DNA of 64,000 bases from Candidatus Gottesmanbacteria bacterium (GCA_016195685.1 JACPZE010000003.1:899-64898), one strand, 5' to 3'. Counted from the first letter of the stretch, positions 20,216 to 30,565 are shown. Translations and numbers: made by a program. The notes: generated from the letters alone by a model not told the origin.

Positions 20216-21511
20216 TTATTTTACTAAAGTTTCAATTGCCGTTTCAAGTTGTAGATCTTCATCTGATTTATTGTCGTCATTTTCTACTTTTATATCCGGT
20301 GTAATACCACTTCCGTTGATCCATTTACCGTTGGGAAGTAACCACTTGGCCGTGGTGATATGGATACCCGCTCCACCTGGCAATTCTTGAGCTTCTTGAA
20401 CGCTTCCTTTTCCAAATGATGCTTCACCTACAATTTTTGCCCGACCCCGCACCTGAAGAGCTCCAGCAACAATTTCACTGGCGGAAGCGCTTCCCTTATT
20501 TACCAACACAACCATCGGGATATCCGTAAATTTTCCTTTCCTGTCTACTTCATATGATTGCTTTCCACTTGCGATAGATTCCTGGGTGACAACAGTACCG
20601 TCTTTTAGAAATTCTGAAGCTATAAATATTGAGCCGGAAAGGTATCCACCGGGATTGTTGCGCAAATCAAATACCAATCCCTTGATTTTATTTTGGGAAT
20701 TTGCAATCTTGGTTTTGATATCAGTCACTGCTTTATTCCACTCATCTGTGGTTTGATCACCAAAGCGTGTCAACCGCAAATCTATGACTTGCCCACAATC
20801 TGTACAGTCGTCTTTCACAATTTTGATTTTTGTTTTACCTGATTCAGATGCAACAATTGATGATTGATTTTTGAATTTTAATGTTTCCCATTCAACCGAG
20901 GCTACACTGATAGTATCTCTCATCACAGAAATATCAACCGGCTTTGCACCGTCTTTGTGCAAAATATTTAAAACCACACTACTGCCTTTTGTCCCGCGAA
21001 TCTTAGATACCGCTTCTGGCAAAGTCCAATTGGAAGTATCCTTACCATCGACTTTTACAATCCAATCGCCAGCCCGAAGACCTGACTTTTCGGCGGGAGT
21101 ACCTTTAAGTGGAGCTACTATAACTATTTTTTTGTCCTTTATACCAAGCTGTGCTCCGATACCTTCGAATTTCCCTCCCAAGTCATCTTTGACTTCTTGA
21201 TTTTGATCTGGAGGAAGAAATACAGTATACGGATCACCTAGAGAAGAAACAACACCCGATATGGCACCGTATACCATCTTTTGGTAATCCAATGCTTTTT
21301 TATCTATATAATATCGATTTAATCTGTCCCAAACATCCCAAAAAAGAGAAAAATCAACAGAGGTAGGTTTGACGGGTATATTGCCTACGATTGGAGTATT
21401 TTGTAGTATTTCTCGTCCGACTCCCCTTGCTCCCGCACGATATCCCACTCCCATCGCAACAACCATTAGAGCTAATATTAAAAATAAATTACGCAAAGTT
21501 TTCAAAGACAT
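20216..21511 (-). CDS. S41 carboxyl-terminal processing protease (CtpA-like)
   Basis: LGDPYT, PDZ, DLRNNPGG, SASASEIVAGAL, FGKGSVQ motifs. Confidence 0.95.
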   Translation of the reverse strand: MSLKTLRNLFLILALMVVAMGVGYRAGARGVGREILQNTPIVGNIPVKPTSVDFSLFWDVWDRLNRYYIDKKALDYQKMVYGAISGVVSSLGDPYTVFLPPDQNQEVKDDLGGKFEGIGAQLGIKDKKIVIVAPLKGTPAEKSGLRAGDWIVKVDGKDTSNWTLPEAVSKIRGTKGSSVVLNILHKDGAKPVDISVMRDTISVASVEWETLKFKNQSSIVASESGKTKIKIVKDDCTDCGQVIDLRLTRFGDQTTDEWNKAVTDIKTKIANSQNKIKGLVFDLRNNPGGYLSGSIFIASEFLKDGTVVTQESIASGKQSYEVDRKGKFTDIPMVVLVNKGSASASEIVAGALQVRGRAKIVGEASFGKGSVQEAQELPGGAGIHITTAKWLLPNGKWINGSGITPDIKVENDDNKSDEDLQLETAIETLVK

Positions 21512-21512
21512 A

Positions 21513-22238
21513 TTAATCTAGAATTACTATCTGTTTCTGGTTAGGTCTTAACCAAACTTTTTTCTTATCACAGTTTATCAGTTTCTCAAAAATATTTTCT
21601 TCAACCAAAATCCAGGGTAAAATAGTATCTCCTTTTATTTTTTGCATCACCATTCCTTTTACTCCGATTACTGAAAACTTTACTAATGTTGCTTCTTGTG
21701 CATATTTGCATAAAACTACAGATTCTTCAAGATTATCGTGACTTTCCAATACGCCTACGACATCACCTTTTAAATATTTTAATTCACCCATTACATCCTT
21801 ACCATCACCTTTTATTCCTTTTACGCTTTGGTTTTTCACTTCAATTTCAATAGCAAATTTACCTATAGCCATAATCTTACCGGAAACTGGAGACACCAAA
21901 TCTTTTTTCGCATCAATGGAATATTTGGTAAGACTGATTGTACCTTTTGACAAATCCATTTCCAAAAGTTCTCCGTCTATCGGGCTTTTAACTATTGTGG
22001 AGGAAAAAAATCCTTTTTTTTCTGCAATTATATCTCCCGCATGAATCTTGTCTCCTACTTTTCTCTGAAGATACCCTGCAATTTTTGCACTGTTTACTCC
22101 TAGTAATTTTGCCAAGTGGATTGTTTCTAGATTGTGGACTTCATCAAACTTTGCCAAAGTAGTCTTATCGGTAATATGATCTCCTTCCTTAACTAATATC
22201 TTTGCGGAAGAAGTTATAGGCAGTGTTATGATACTCAT
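21513..22238 (-). CDS. Hypothetical protein with biotinyl/lipoyl-like hybrid motifs
   Basis: LVKEGDHI, VGDKIHAGDIIA, KSPIDG and SPVSGKI barrel-sandwich patterns. Confidence 0.6.
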   Translation of the reverse strand: MSIITLPITSSAKILVKEGDHITDKTTLAKFDEVHNLETIHLAKLLGVNSAKIAGYLQRKVGDKIHAGDIIAEKKGFFSSTIVKSPIDGELLEMDLSKGTISLTKYSIDAKKDLVSPVSGKIMAIGKFAIEIEVKNQSVKGIKGDGKDVMGELKYLKGDVVGVLESHDNLEESVVLCKYAQEATLVKFSVIGVKGMVMQKIKGDTILPWILVEENIFEKLINCDKKKVWLRPNQKQIVILD

Positions 22239-22487
22239 TTATGAGGGACGGACTAAATAAGGAATTAAAGCGAGAAATCTTGCTTGCTTGATAGAAGAAG
22301 CAAGAAGTCTTTGGTGTTTTTGACAAACGCCACTACTTCCCCTTGGTATAATTTTACCTCTTTCGGTTATAAAATGTTCCAAAGTGGCCGTTTCTTTGTA
22401 GTCCGGAACAATTTTTTGCTTGCAATACAAGCAATTTGTCGGTACTCGCTTCACTATTCGCCTGGTTTTTTTAAATGGTTTTTTCAT
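22239..22487 (-). CDS. rpsR: 30S ribosomal protein S18
   Basis: DYK...FITERGKIIPR...HQR...IKQARFLALIPY. Confidence 0.97.
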   Translation of the reverse strand: MKKPFKKTRRIVKRVPTNCLYCKQKIVPDYKETATLEHFITERGKIIPRGSSGVCQKHQRLLASSIKQARFLALIPYLVRPS

Positions 22488-22494
22488 AATTTAT

Positions 22495-23094
22495 TTAAAA
22501 TGGTATATCGTCGGGAGTAATATCCTCGGTCATTGGTTTTTCTTCTTCTTTTTCTTCTTTCTTCTTATCAGTAGGTTTTTTACCGGAAGGCGCTTGGGCA
22601 ACTGCTTTTTTCTCTTTCGGCTTGTCCTGCGAAGTATTTTCACCTTGGGGAACTACATCGGCTTTCACATCGACTTCGGGTACTTTAACTGGTTCAGCCG
22701 CTACCTTCACCGTTGGTTCTGCCACCGTTCCTGCCGATTCACCTTCCCTTAGGAGTCTTTTGGAATCGAGGATAATCATATCCTCTATCACTACTTCGGT
22801 TGTCATTCTTTGCGTCCCATCTTGGCCTGTCCAACTGTGGGTAGAAAGCCTGCCTTCTACGTAAGTTTTTCTACCTTTTGCCAAAAGTTGTGCACACAAT
22901 TCTCCTAATTTATTCCATGCCACAATCCTGTGAAATTCCGTTTCCTCTTTTGTCTCACCTGTCTGTGTAGTCCAGCTTCTGTTGGTAGCTAATCCAAATG
23001 TACAAACAGCCGTCCCGGCAGGTGTGTAACGGAGTTCCGGATCCCTAGTCAAATTCCCTATCAAAATAACCTTGTTTAACGATCGTGCCGACAT
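22495..23094 (-). CDS. ssb: Single-stranded DNA-binding protein
   Basis: LNKVILIGNLTRDPELRYT; C-terminal DDIPF. Confidence 0.98.
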   Translation of the reverse strand: MSARSLNKVILIGNLTRDPELRYTPAGTAVCTFGLATNRSWTTQTGETKEETEFHRIVAWNKLGELCAQLLAKGRKTYVEGRLSTHSWTGQDGTQRMTTEVVIEDMIILDSKRLLREGESAGTVAEPTVKVAAEPVKVPEVDVKADVVPQGENTSQDKPKEKKAVAQAPSGKKPTDKKKEEKEEEKPMTEDITPDDIPF

Positions 23095-23096
23095 AG

Positions 23097-23384
23097 TTAT
23101 TGATTTCTGATAACCAAATATCTCAAAACATCAACATTCAATGCCAATTTCTTGTTGATGGGAGCAGATTCTTTCCCTTCCACTGTAAACTTTATTATAT
23201 AATAAAATCCTTCCGTTTCTTTTTTTATGGAATAGGCTAATTTTTTTTTGCCCAAAAGTTTAGCCTCATCCGCTTTGCCGGAAACCGAAGTAATGTATTT
23301 TTTCACTTCATCCAGCACTTTTTTCTGCTTTTCCTCAGCAAGTTTAGCGCTTAAAAGCAATGCTAATTCGTAACTGTATAACAT
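23097..23384 (-). CDS. rpsF: 30S ribosomal protein S6
   Basis: YEL...GKKKLAYSIKK...VLRYL; rpsF-ssb-rpsR order. Confidence 0.95.
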   Translation of the reverse strand: MLYSYELALLLSAKLAEEKQKKVLDEVKKYITSVSGKADEAKLLGKKKLAYSIKKETEGFYYIIKFTVEGKESAPINKKLALNVDVLRYLVIRNQ

Positions 23385-23485
23385 AGGGGAAAGTATAACA
23401 TAACTTAGTTAAAAATTAAATACCAATTAGTTAATTTGTTAATTAGTTACTTGGTTACTTAGACAGTTAATTAAAGAGAAAGGAT

Positions 23486-23594
23486 GGAATAAATTTTGAA
23501 GATCTTTGCAATTGAGCGCGAGAATACTAAGATTTATGGATAGAAGCTAAGGGCTATTCCGAACGCGAACTGCAGAGTCTGAAAAATTTATTCC
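23486..23594. repeat. Long imperfect hairpin element related to the 37041 and 38181 elements
   Basis: GGAATAAATTTTGAAGATCTTTGCA ... TGCAGAGTCTGAAAAATTTATTCC terminal inverted repeat. Confidence 0.55.
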
Positions 23595-23602
23595 TGATTA
23601 AG

Positions 23603-24679
23603 TTATGCATTTACTTTAAACTCAACAACATCACCATCTCTTATAATATAATCACGCCCTTCCATCCTCACTTTTCCCACCTCTCTGCACTTCGTCCATC
23701 CTCCATATTTTACAAATTCATCAAAAGAAACAGTATCAGACTTTATAAATCCTTTTTCAAAATCGGTATGGATGACTCCAGCAGCTTGTGGCGCCTTCAT
23801 CCCTTTCTCTATTGTCCATGCTCTCACTTCTTTTTCTCCGCAGGTAAGAAATGAGATAAGACCTAGTGACTCATAAGCAAGTCTAATTAGCCTATCCAAT
23901 CCGGCTTCTTTCATACCGAGCTCTGCGAGGTATGCCATTTGTTCTTCTTCGGACAAACTGGATAATTCCGATTCAATCTTGGCCGAGATAGACATGATTG
24001 GCTTTAAACCAAAGGTATCTTGCAATTCCTTTGCTATTGCACCCTCCGCAACATTTGCTACATAAATCACAGGTTTCATCGTCAACAAATGCAAATCTTT
24101 TATTGCTTCCTTTTCCTCATCAGTTAGATTTACGTCTTTTGCTAAAATGCCTTTATCTAATTCATTTATAAGTTTCCCAACTAGTTCCGGAGTAAATTTC
24201 ACTTCCTTATTTTTTGTATCTTTGTTTTTTGAAAGAGTTTGCAGGTCTGCCAAAATAAGTTCTGCTTTTATAATCTCAACATCGCGTTTCGCATCCACGC
24301 TTCCAGAGACATGAATAATATTCGTATCCTCAAAAAACCTAACTACATGACAAATGATATTCACTTCACGAATATGTGACAAGAATTTATTCCCCAATCC
24401 CTCTCCTTCTGCGGCCCCGGAAACGAGTCCCGCGATATCTACAAATTGTACTGTTGCCGGCAATATAGGTGGCAATTTATCCATCTTTATTTCTTCTTTA
24501 GTAATTTTTGCTAGCCTTTCTAAGCGTGGATCCGGTACCGGCACCACTCCAATATTCGGCTCTATGGTAGCAAATGGATAATTGGCCACAAATGCCGTTT
24601 GTCTTTTCAAAAGCGCATTAAAAAGAGTACTTTTTCCTACATTCGGAAGGCCTACTATACCTACTGAAACAGATGACAT
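23603..24679 (-). CDS. ychF: Redox-regulated ATPase YchF
   Basis: GLPNVGKST, NYPFATIEPN, DIAGLV..A..GEGLGNKFL, APQAAGVIHTDF motifs. Confidence 0.97.
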   Translation of the reverse strand: MSSVSVGIVGLPNVGKSTLFNALLKRQTAFVANYPFATIEPNIGVVPVPDPRLERLAKITKEEIKMDKLPPILPATVQFVDIAGLVSGAAEGEGLGNKFLSHIREVNIICHVVRFFEDTNIIHVSGSVDAKRDVEIIKAELILADLQTLSKNKDTKNKEVKFTPELVGKLINELDKGILAKDVNLTDEEKEAIKDLHLLTMKPVIYVANVAEGAIAKELQDTFGLKPIMSISAKIESELSSLSEEEQMAYLAELGMKEAGLDRLIRLAYESLGLISFLTCGEKEVRAWTIEKGMKAPQAAGVIHTDFEKGFIKSDTVSFDEFVKYGGWTKCREVGKVRMEGRDYIIRDGDVVEFKVNA

Positions 24680-24774
24680 TTCTAAGATTATATCATCCCT
24701 TTGTGCTGAAGAATAATTAAATTCTGCTTTGATAGAAGATTGTGTATTAGCGCAACTATTAATATACTAGTTAT

Positions 24775-25776
24775 ATGGATAATAACGTTTGGATGGAAAT
24801 TCTTGAATATGCACGATGGTCCGCATCACCCCACAATGTTCAACCATGGAAAATTGAGGTCGTTTCAGCAACTGAAGCAAATATTCTATACGATCCAATA
24901 CGTTTACTACCTGTTGAAGATCCTACAGGTTGTTTTACAACTGCCGGTTTTGGAATGTTCATTGAAAACTTATCTGTTGCTGCCCACAGTAAAGGCTTTA
25001 AAATTGAAGAAAAATATACTGAAACAATTTTAGACCATACGAAAAAAGAATTAACTCCTTTTGCCAAGATAAAATTAGTAAAGACCGATGATAAAGAAAT
25101 ATTCGATAGAGAGCTTATAACAGAGCGCCGTACCTCCAGACTTCCTTATAATGGGAAACCTGTAACCGATGATGTAATAAGGGAACTTGTAAAAATTGCA
25201 ATGGAATTTGGACATACTTTTACATTTAGTAAAGACATGAGGATGATTAATTGGGTATTAACGCTTAATAGAGATACCATTTTTTATGATATGAATGATG
25301 CTGAATCAAGAAATGAAATAGGTTTATGGCTACGGTATTCAGCAGAAGATGCTCACAAAAAGAATGATGGCTTATGGGCTCATTGTATGAATTTCCCAGG
25401 AGCACTTATGTACCTTTTTTTTCATACACGCTGGTTATTTAATTTTCCTATAATAAACTCTTTTGTTAAATATTTATATTTGCAATCAACATCAGGAACG
25501 CGTACAGTTGCTTGGCTATCTGGACCATTCAATACACCTTATGACTGGTTAAATGCAGGACACATGCTTGCTCGCTTGTGGCTCTGTATGACCAAACACC
25601 ATGTATATCTTCATCCATTTGGATCTATTATTACTAACAAAAAGTCGCATAAACGATTACGAGAAAAATTTAATGTTGAAGAAAAAACCAATAAAATATG
25701 GTTAATCGTTCGGTTGGGATACAGCAAATTACCACCTCGCAGTCTACGATTAAGTGTGGCAGATATTTTAGTATAA
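24775..25776 (+). CDS. Acg-type nitroreductase-like flavoprotein
   Basis: ARWSASPHNVQPW, RRTSRLPY, AGHMLARLWL, LHP, VRLGY: two-domain Acg/nitroreductase pattern. Confidence 0.8.
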   Translation: MDNNVWMEILEYARWSASPHNVQPWKIEVVSATEANILYDPIRLLPVEDPTGCFTTAGFGMFIENLSVAAHSKGFKIEEKYTETILDHTKKELTPFAKIKLVKTDDKEIFDRELITERRTSRLPYNGKPVTDDVIRELVKIAMEFGHTFTFSKDMRMINWVLTLNRDTIFYDMNDAESRNEIGLWLRYSAEDAHKKNDGLWAHCMNFPGALMYLFFHTRWLFNFPIINSFVKYLYLQSTSGTRTVAWLSGPFNTPYDWLNAGHMLARLWLCMTKHHVYLHPFGSIITNKKSHKRLREKFNVEEKTNKIWLIVRLGYSKLPPRSLRLSVADILV

Positions 25777-25778
25777 AT

Positions 25779-27287
25779 ATGAAGCAAAAAATCATTTTTT
25801 CATTTCTTAAACTTGCTAAAATTATTCGTAATCTATCATCATCTTCTGATAAAGCATATAAACTCTTGTTTACTCCTGGGTTTGAAAATTTTCGTTGGAT
25901 GATAGGAAAATGGAAAGCATGGCAAGTTTTTGAACATGCAAAAACAACAACTCCCGCATATAAAGATTTCCTTGTAAAACATCCTAAAGCGAAAATAATT
26001 ATGAGCGGTTGGAATCCTGACTTATCTTCGATTCCTGTGATGGATAAAGAATCATATATCAAAAAGTATTCTATTGAATCAAGATGCATAAATGGACTTA
26101 TTCCTTCGCAAGGCGTTGTAATTGATGAATCCTCTGGCACCAGCGGAACGCCAAATAATTGGGTCAGGGGACCAAAAGAAAGAGCAGACGTTAAAAAAGC
26201 ATTGCAGGTTGCCCTCCACTTTCATTTTGGGGACAAACCAATATTTATTATAAATGCTTTTGCACTTGGCCCATGGGCAACAGGCATGAATGTTTCGATG
26301 TCGCTTGTTGATATATCCGTACTTAAATCGACAGGTCCAGATATTAAAAAAATTGAAAACACTTTAAACTTTTTTGGCCCAAAGTATAATTATGTCATTA
26401 TGGGTTACCCGCCCTTTCTGAAATCTTTAGTTGACAGTACAACGGTTGATTGGAAAAAATTTAAAATTACTGCAGTTTTTGGTGGAGAAGGAATGAGTGA
26501 AGGAATGAGAACATACTTAAATAAGGTTTTCCAAAAATGTTATGGATCATATGGAGCTTCTGATTTGGAAATTAATATTGCAGCAGAAAATGATTTTACA
26601 ATTGCCTTGCGTCAATTACTCATTGAAAATAAAGAGCTGACAAATAAAATTATAAAAAATCATAACAGCTCTATACCTATGATATTTCAATATAATCCTT
26701 TGGATTATTTTATTGAAAACAATGATTCGGGCGAACTTATAGTAACACTCTGTCGTCTTGCAAATGTTTCTCCAAAGATTAGATATAATATTCATGATAC
26801 TGGCCATGTACTACGATTCTCACAACTCAAAAAAATCTTGGATGAATGTAAAATCAAAATTGCTGATATTTGTAAAGAATATTCTGATCTGCCTCTTCTT
26901 TTTCACTACGGCAGAGCAGATATGGCTGTTGCATTTTATGGATGTAAAATTACTCCTAGCGACATACAGGAAATTATTTACAATAACCCCGATTTAGCTA
27001 AAATAATTAGTTCGTTCTCTTTGATCACTTCTGAAGATGAGAATGCAAATAAGAAATTGACATTGGCACTGGAAATGGCTGAGGGGAAAGAATTAATTGC
27101 AAAGAATATTGAAATGTATCGAGAAGAAATTTTTGAGCACTTGAAAATTATAAATCAAGACTATAGGGAAGCTTCAAAGATGATACCAAAAGGATTTGAA
27201 CCGGGGTTAGAATTTTATGCTTTTGGAGCTGGTCCTTTTGCGACCAATGATATTCGATTAAAAAAACATTATATCCAGAATCGTTAA
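25779..27287 (+). CDS. Phenylacetate-CoA ligase (PaaK)-like ANL adenylating enzyme
   Basis: ESSGTSGTP P-loop, GYPPFL, GGEG, YGASD, RYNIHDTG, GRAD; likely start MKQKII at 25779. Confidence 0.85.
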   Translation: MKQKIIFSFLKLAKIIRNLSSSSDKAYKLLFTPGFENFRWMIGKWKAWQVFEHAKTTTPAYKDFLVKHPKAKIIMSGWNPDLSSIPVMDKESYIKKYSIESRCINGLIPSQGVVIDESSGTSGTPNNWVRGPKERADVKKALQVALHFHFGDKPIFIINAFALGPWATGMNVSMSLVDISVLKSTGPDIKKIENTLNFFGPKYNYVIMGYPPFLKSLVDSTTVDWKKFKITAVFGGEGMSEGMRTYLNKVFQKCYGSYGASDLEINIAAENDFTIALRQLLIENKELTNKIIKNHNSSIPMIFQYNPLDYFIENNDSGELIVTLCRLANVSPKIRYNIHDTGHVLRFSQLKKILDECKIKIADICKEYSDLPLLFHYGRADMAVAFYGCKITPSDIQEIIYNNPDLAKIISSFSLITSEDENANKKLTLALEMAEGKELIAKNIEMYREEIFEHLKIINQDYREASKMIPKGFEPGLEFYAFGAGPFATNDIRLKKHYIQNR

Positions 27288-27294
27288 TTCTTTT

Positions 27295-27849
27295 ATGAAT
27301 GTAGAAACAACTAGTCAAAAATTGGTCAACGGATTATTACTGGAACAGACCATTGAGTTTTTGAAAACTAAAAAGGGTGAAAACGCTGTTTCAGAACTGG
27401 AAAAATCACTCGGCCCATTTATTTTTGATCAATACCGTATGTATCCGGTCGAGCAATTAATTTTATTGCAACGAGAAGTTGTAAAATCAGCCTTTGGCAG
27501 CGAATCTGATGAGGGATATTATATTTTGGGAAAGAATGCTTTCGACAAGTATGCTCATACTTTGGTTGGGGCGACTTTGACAAATATTTCTTCTTCCCCA
27601 ATTGAAGTTTTAAAGAAAATCCAGGATATTTGGAATTCAGTCGTTAATTTCGGAACAAGGAAATTGATTGAAGCAGACGAAGTAAAAGGCAAGGCAATAA
27701 TTGAAATTGCGGATGACCCCAGAAACTATTCTTATTTACGCGGGGTGATTGAAGGGGGGTTAAATGCAACACATGTAATTAATCCTTCAACCAAAATTAT
27801 TTACAAAGATAACAATAAATACGATATAGAAATAACATGGCAACCCTAA
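27295..27849 (+). CDS. DUF2378/TIGR02265-like (V4R/HNOB-type) small-ligand-binding protein
   Basis: V.GLL, YP, LG..AF..Y..TLVG, NFG.R, Y.RG.IEG and C-terminal I.W pattern. Confidence 0.6.
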   Translation: MNVETTSQKLVNGLLLEQTIEFLKTKKGENAVSELEKSLGPFIFDQYRMYPVEQLILLQREVVKSAFGSESDEGYYILGKNAFDKYAHTLVGATLTNISSSPIEVLKKIQDIWNSVVNFGTRKLIEADEVKGKAIIEIADDPRNYSYLRGVIEGGLNATHVINPSTKIIYKDNNKYDIEITWQP

Positions 27850-27871
27850 AAGTAGTATAAGAACAAAGGAT

Positions 27872-27907
27872 TTATCTTTTCTTTGTTTTTTTCTTTTTTT
27901 TCATCAT
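27872..27907 (-). CDS. Candidate Lys-rich micro-ORF MMKKKKKTKKR
   Basis: Perfect SD AGGAGGTG upstream of ATG at 27907; TAA at 27872. Confidence 0.4.
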   Translation of the reverse strand: MMKKKKKTKKR

Positions 27908-27951
27908 AACTATTTTCACCTCCTTTTTCTACAATTAATCTGTCAGGTAAC

Positions 27952-28989
27952 TTACTCTACTGATTCTCTTAAGCTCTTCAAAAAACACGTGAGTAATTTA
28001 ATGCAATTTACCACATCATTCCAGCAAAATAATTCTCCAGGAAAGTGTGTGTACCTTACCGGTATACCAACAACAATAGTAGCAGTTCCTATACCACTAA
28101 TTTGAATAGGATCGGCATCAGTTGCCGTGGGTCCTGCATCTGCTTCTACCTGATAAGGAATACTTTCTCTTTTTGCAATTTCTTTTAGAATAAAAAATAA
28201 ATCGGGATTTGTATTGCTCCCTCTTGTAATAACTGGTCCTTCTCCGAGTACAATTCTTCCAATTTCTTCTTTATCTGCTATGGGAGTATCGGTTGCTCTA
28301 ATAGTATCAATAATTATTGAATATTTTGGCTGTATGTGATTTACTGCAGGCTGTGCTCCACGCGAACCAACTTCTTCTTGTGTAGTTGTTACTGCGTATA
28401 GACTCACATTTGGATTTGGCTTTTGTGATAAGGTATGAATAAGTTGAATTAGGGCATATACTCCTAGTTTATCGTCTGCGCCTCTGGCTAAAATAAATGA
28501 GTCTTGTAAAACTTTACAAGAGGTATCAAAAGTAACTGTATCTCCTATTGCAACTAATTGTGCTGCCTTCTTATTTGCACCAATATCAATCCATAAGTCT
28601 TTATAAGGAATGCTCTTTTCCGACTCTTTAGTACTGGCAGTATCCCAAACTTCTTCTCGTCCAATAATACCAGGTACTATCCCATTTGATGTATGAATAT
28701 TGACGGCTTGACCCACAGCAATATCTGCATCAATACCTCCAACAGGTTGAAAATAAATAAAACCCTCATCGTTAATAAATGTAATAATGAAACCTACTTC
28801 ATCCGCATGAGCTGTAATGAGTACCTTTTGAGGTCCCTGTCCAACTTGCACTGTAAAATTATTTAGTATATCGGCAAATTTAATTTCGGAGTATGCAGAT
28901 AATTCTTTTGCAACAAGTTTTTGAAAAAGTGATTCATTTCCAGAAATACTGGGAATTGCAACAAGTTTTTGAAATAATTCATCAACCAT
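27952..28989 (-). CDS. M42 family metallo-aminopeptidase
   Basis: AHADEVG, VGGID, LWIDIGA, ADDKLG, QEEVGSRGA, TDA, RYTH motifs. Confidence 0.92.
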   Translation of the reverse strand: MVDELFQKLVAIPSISGNESLFQKLVAKELSAYSEIKFADILNNFTVQVGQGPQKVLITAHADEVGFIITFINDEGFIYFQPVGGIDADIAVGQAVNIHTSNGIVPGIIGREEVWDTASTKESEKSIPYKDLWIDIGANKKAAQLVAIGDTVTFDTSCKVLQDSFILARGADDKLGVYALIQLIHTLSQKPNPNVSLYAVTTTQEEVGSRGAQPAVNHIQPKYSIIIDTIRATDTPIADKEEIGRIVLGEGPVITRGSNTNPDLFFILKEIAKRESIPYQVEADAGPTATDADPIQISGIGTATIVVGIPVRYTHFPGELFCWNDVVNCIKLLTCFLKSLRESVE

Positions 28990-29165
28990 AACTATAATAT
29001 TAGTATAGCATGATTGTTTTTTAAATAATCCAGTGTGGATATTAAATTAATTGGACTCATTGTTTAGAATGAACTATTCTCACTCACTCGTCCCTTCATG
29101 AAGTTTATATAACAGAGTGGAAAACATTATTGACATAAAGTGGAAATACTATAACATTGGAGAAG

Positions 29166-29783
29166 ATGATGTCTAAAAAATTACTCGCGGAATTTATCGG
29201 AACTTTTTCTTTGACGTTTGTCGTACTTCTGTCTTCTGCTACCGACAAATTCCCTATCCCCACTCCTGTTTTTGCAGGTCTGACTCTCGGACTTTTTGTA
29301 TACTTTATAGGAAATATTTCCGGTTGTCATATAAATCCAGCTGTCACACTGGGATTATTATCGATTAAAAAAATTGAGGTATCTGAAGCAGTAAGGTACA
29401 TAATAGCCCAAGTCGCAGGTGCCATACTTGCTTTAATGGTGATGAACACACTCGGTGCTGATGTTACCGGCCAAAGCTTTCTGAAATCCAAATATGTATT
29501 CGTCGGTGAAATTATCGGAACCGCCCTTTTCACTTTTGGAATTGCTTCTGTGGTTCTGGGAAAAATAACAAGCGGAATTAAAGGAGTAATTATAGGTTCT
29601 TCTCTACTTCTGGGAGCCAGCTTTGCAGTCATGATTGGTGCACCGGGATTTTTAAATCCAGCTGTAGCTCTTGGCACCAATTCACTTACAATTACAACAC
29701 TTTTGGGGCCGATAATCGGATCGATAGTTGGTATGCAGCTTTATAAATATCTCATCACAGACAAATCTTCTCAAAAGAAATAG
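29166..29783 (+). CDS. MIP family channel (aquaporin)
   Basis: AEFIGTF, ISGCHINPAVT and second NPA motif. Confidence 0.92.
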   Translation: MMSKKLLAEFIGTFSLTFVVLLSSATDKFPIPTPVFAGLTLGLFVYFIGNISGCHINPAVTLGLLSIKKIEVSEAVRYIIAQVAGAILALMVMNTLGADVTGQSFLKSKYVFVGEIIGTALFTFGIASVVLGKITSGIKGVIIGSSLLLGASFAVMIGAPGFLNPAVALGTNSLTITTLLGPIIGSIVGMQLYKYLITDKSSQKK

Positions 29784-29827
29784 TTATTATTTACTTTTTA
29801 CGCTACGGTTGGAAAAGATGATTTTCA

Positions 29828-30520
29828 TCAAGTGGGCGGTTGGCCAAAGATGGTGATCGCTGTTCCGGGATTTGTATCAGAAGCATTCGTAGTATCACCT
29901 GTGCTTTCTGGTCCTGCCCAATAATAAAGTTTCTTTGCATCCTCAGGCCTTATGTTCACACACCCATGGCTCATGGGGTAACCAAAGTTATTATGCCAAT
30001 ATGCTCCGTGTAGACTAAATCCGCGACCAGCAGATGCGTTTGGACCAGAATAAAACATCGTATAAGGAATATTATATAAATTATAATAAGTCCCATCAGC
30101 CGGGTTTCCACCAGACATATGGGCATATCGTAGTTTTATCCAAATTTTAAACTCCCCTGTGGGAGTAGGAAACCATTTACCAGAAGATATAGGGAATTCC
30201 ATCACTTTTTTATCTCCCGCAAACGCTGAAAGACTCTGTCTTTGTAAATCTACATAAATGTGTTTTTTCTCACTCGTCTCCCCTAATACACCTGATGAAA
30301 TATAATTATCCGCTATATAGTCAGGAGAGTTTACATCTTTACCCATAAATACATTGTTTTTCCCGTACTGGTAGGTAGCAGATAAATCCTTTGCACAGGT
30401 TATGGAATTTGCACAAACAGAAGATTTTCCTGTTAATTTATTAAATAGAAGCACCACAATGAAAATAAAACAGCCAACTACAATCCAGGAAAGAGGGAAA
30501 TGAGATCTTCTTTTAGCCAT
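29828..30520 (-). CDS. L,D-transpeptidase (YkuD domain), membrane anchored
   Basis: ISSG...TPTG, LHGAYWH, SHGCVN motifs. Confidence 0.93.
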   Translation of the reverse strand: MAKRRSHFPLSWIVVGCFIFIVVLLFNKLTGKSSVCANSITCAKDLSATYQYGKNNVFMGKDVNSPDYIADNYISSGVLGETSEKKHIYVDLQRQSLSAFAGDKKVMEFPISSGKWFPTPTGEFKIWIKLRYAHMSGGNPADGTYYNLYNIPYTMFYSGPNASAGRGFSLHGAYWHNNFGYPMSHGCVNIRPEDAKKLYYWAGPESTGDTTNASDTNPGTAITIFGQPPT

Positions 30521-30565
30521 TGTATCTATCGTAGTTTATATATGTGAAAAAGTAAACTTTCAAAC

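Noticed and set aside
29113-29150. AGTGGAAA direct repeat at the aquaporin promoter
   Set aside because: Only two short copies and no regulator nearby; insufficient support
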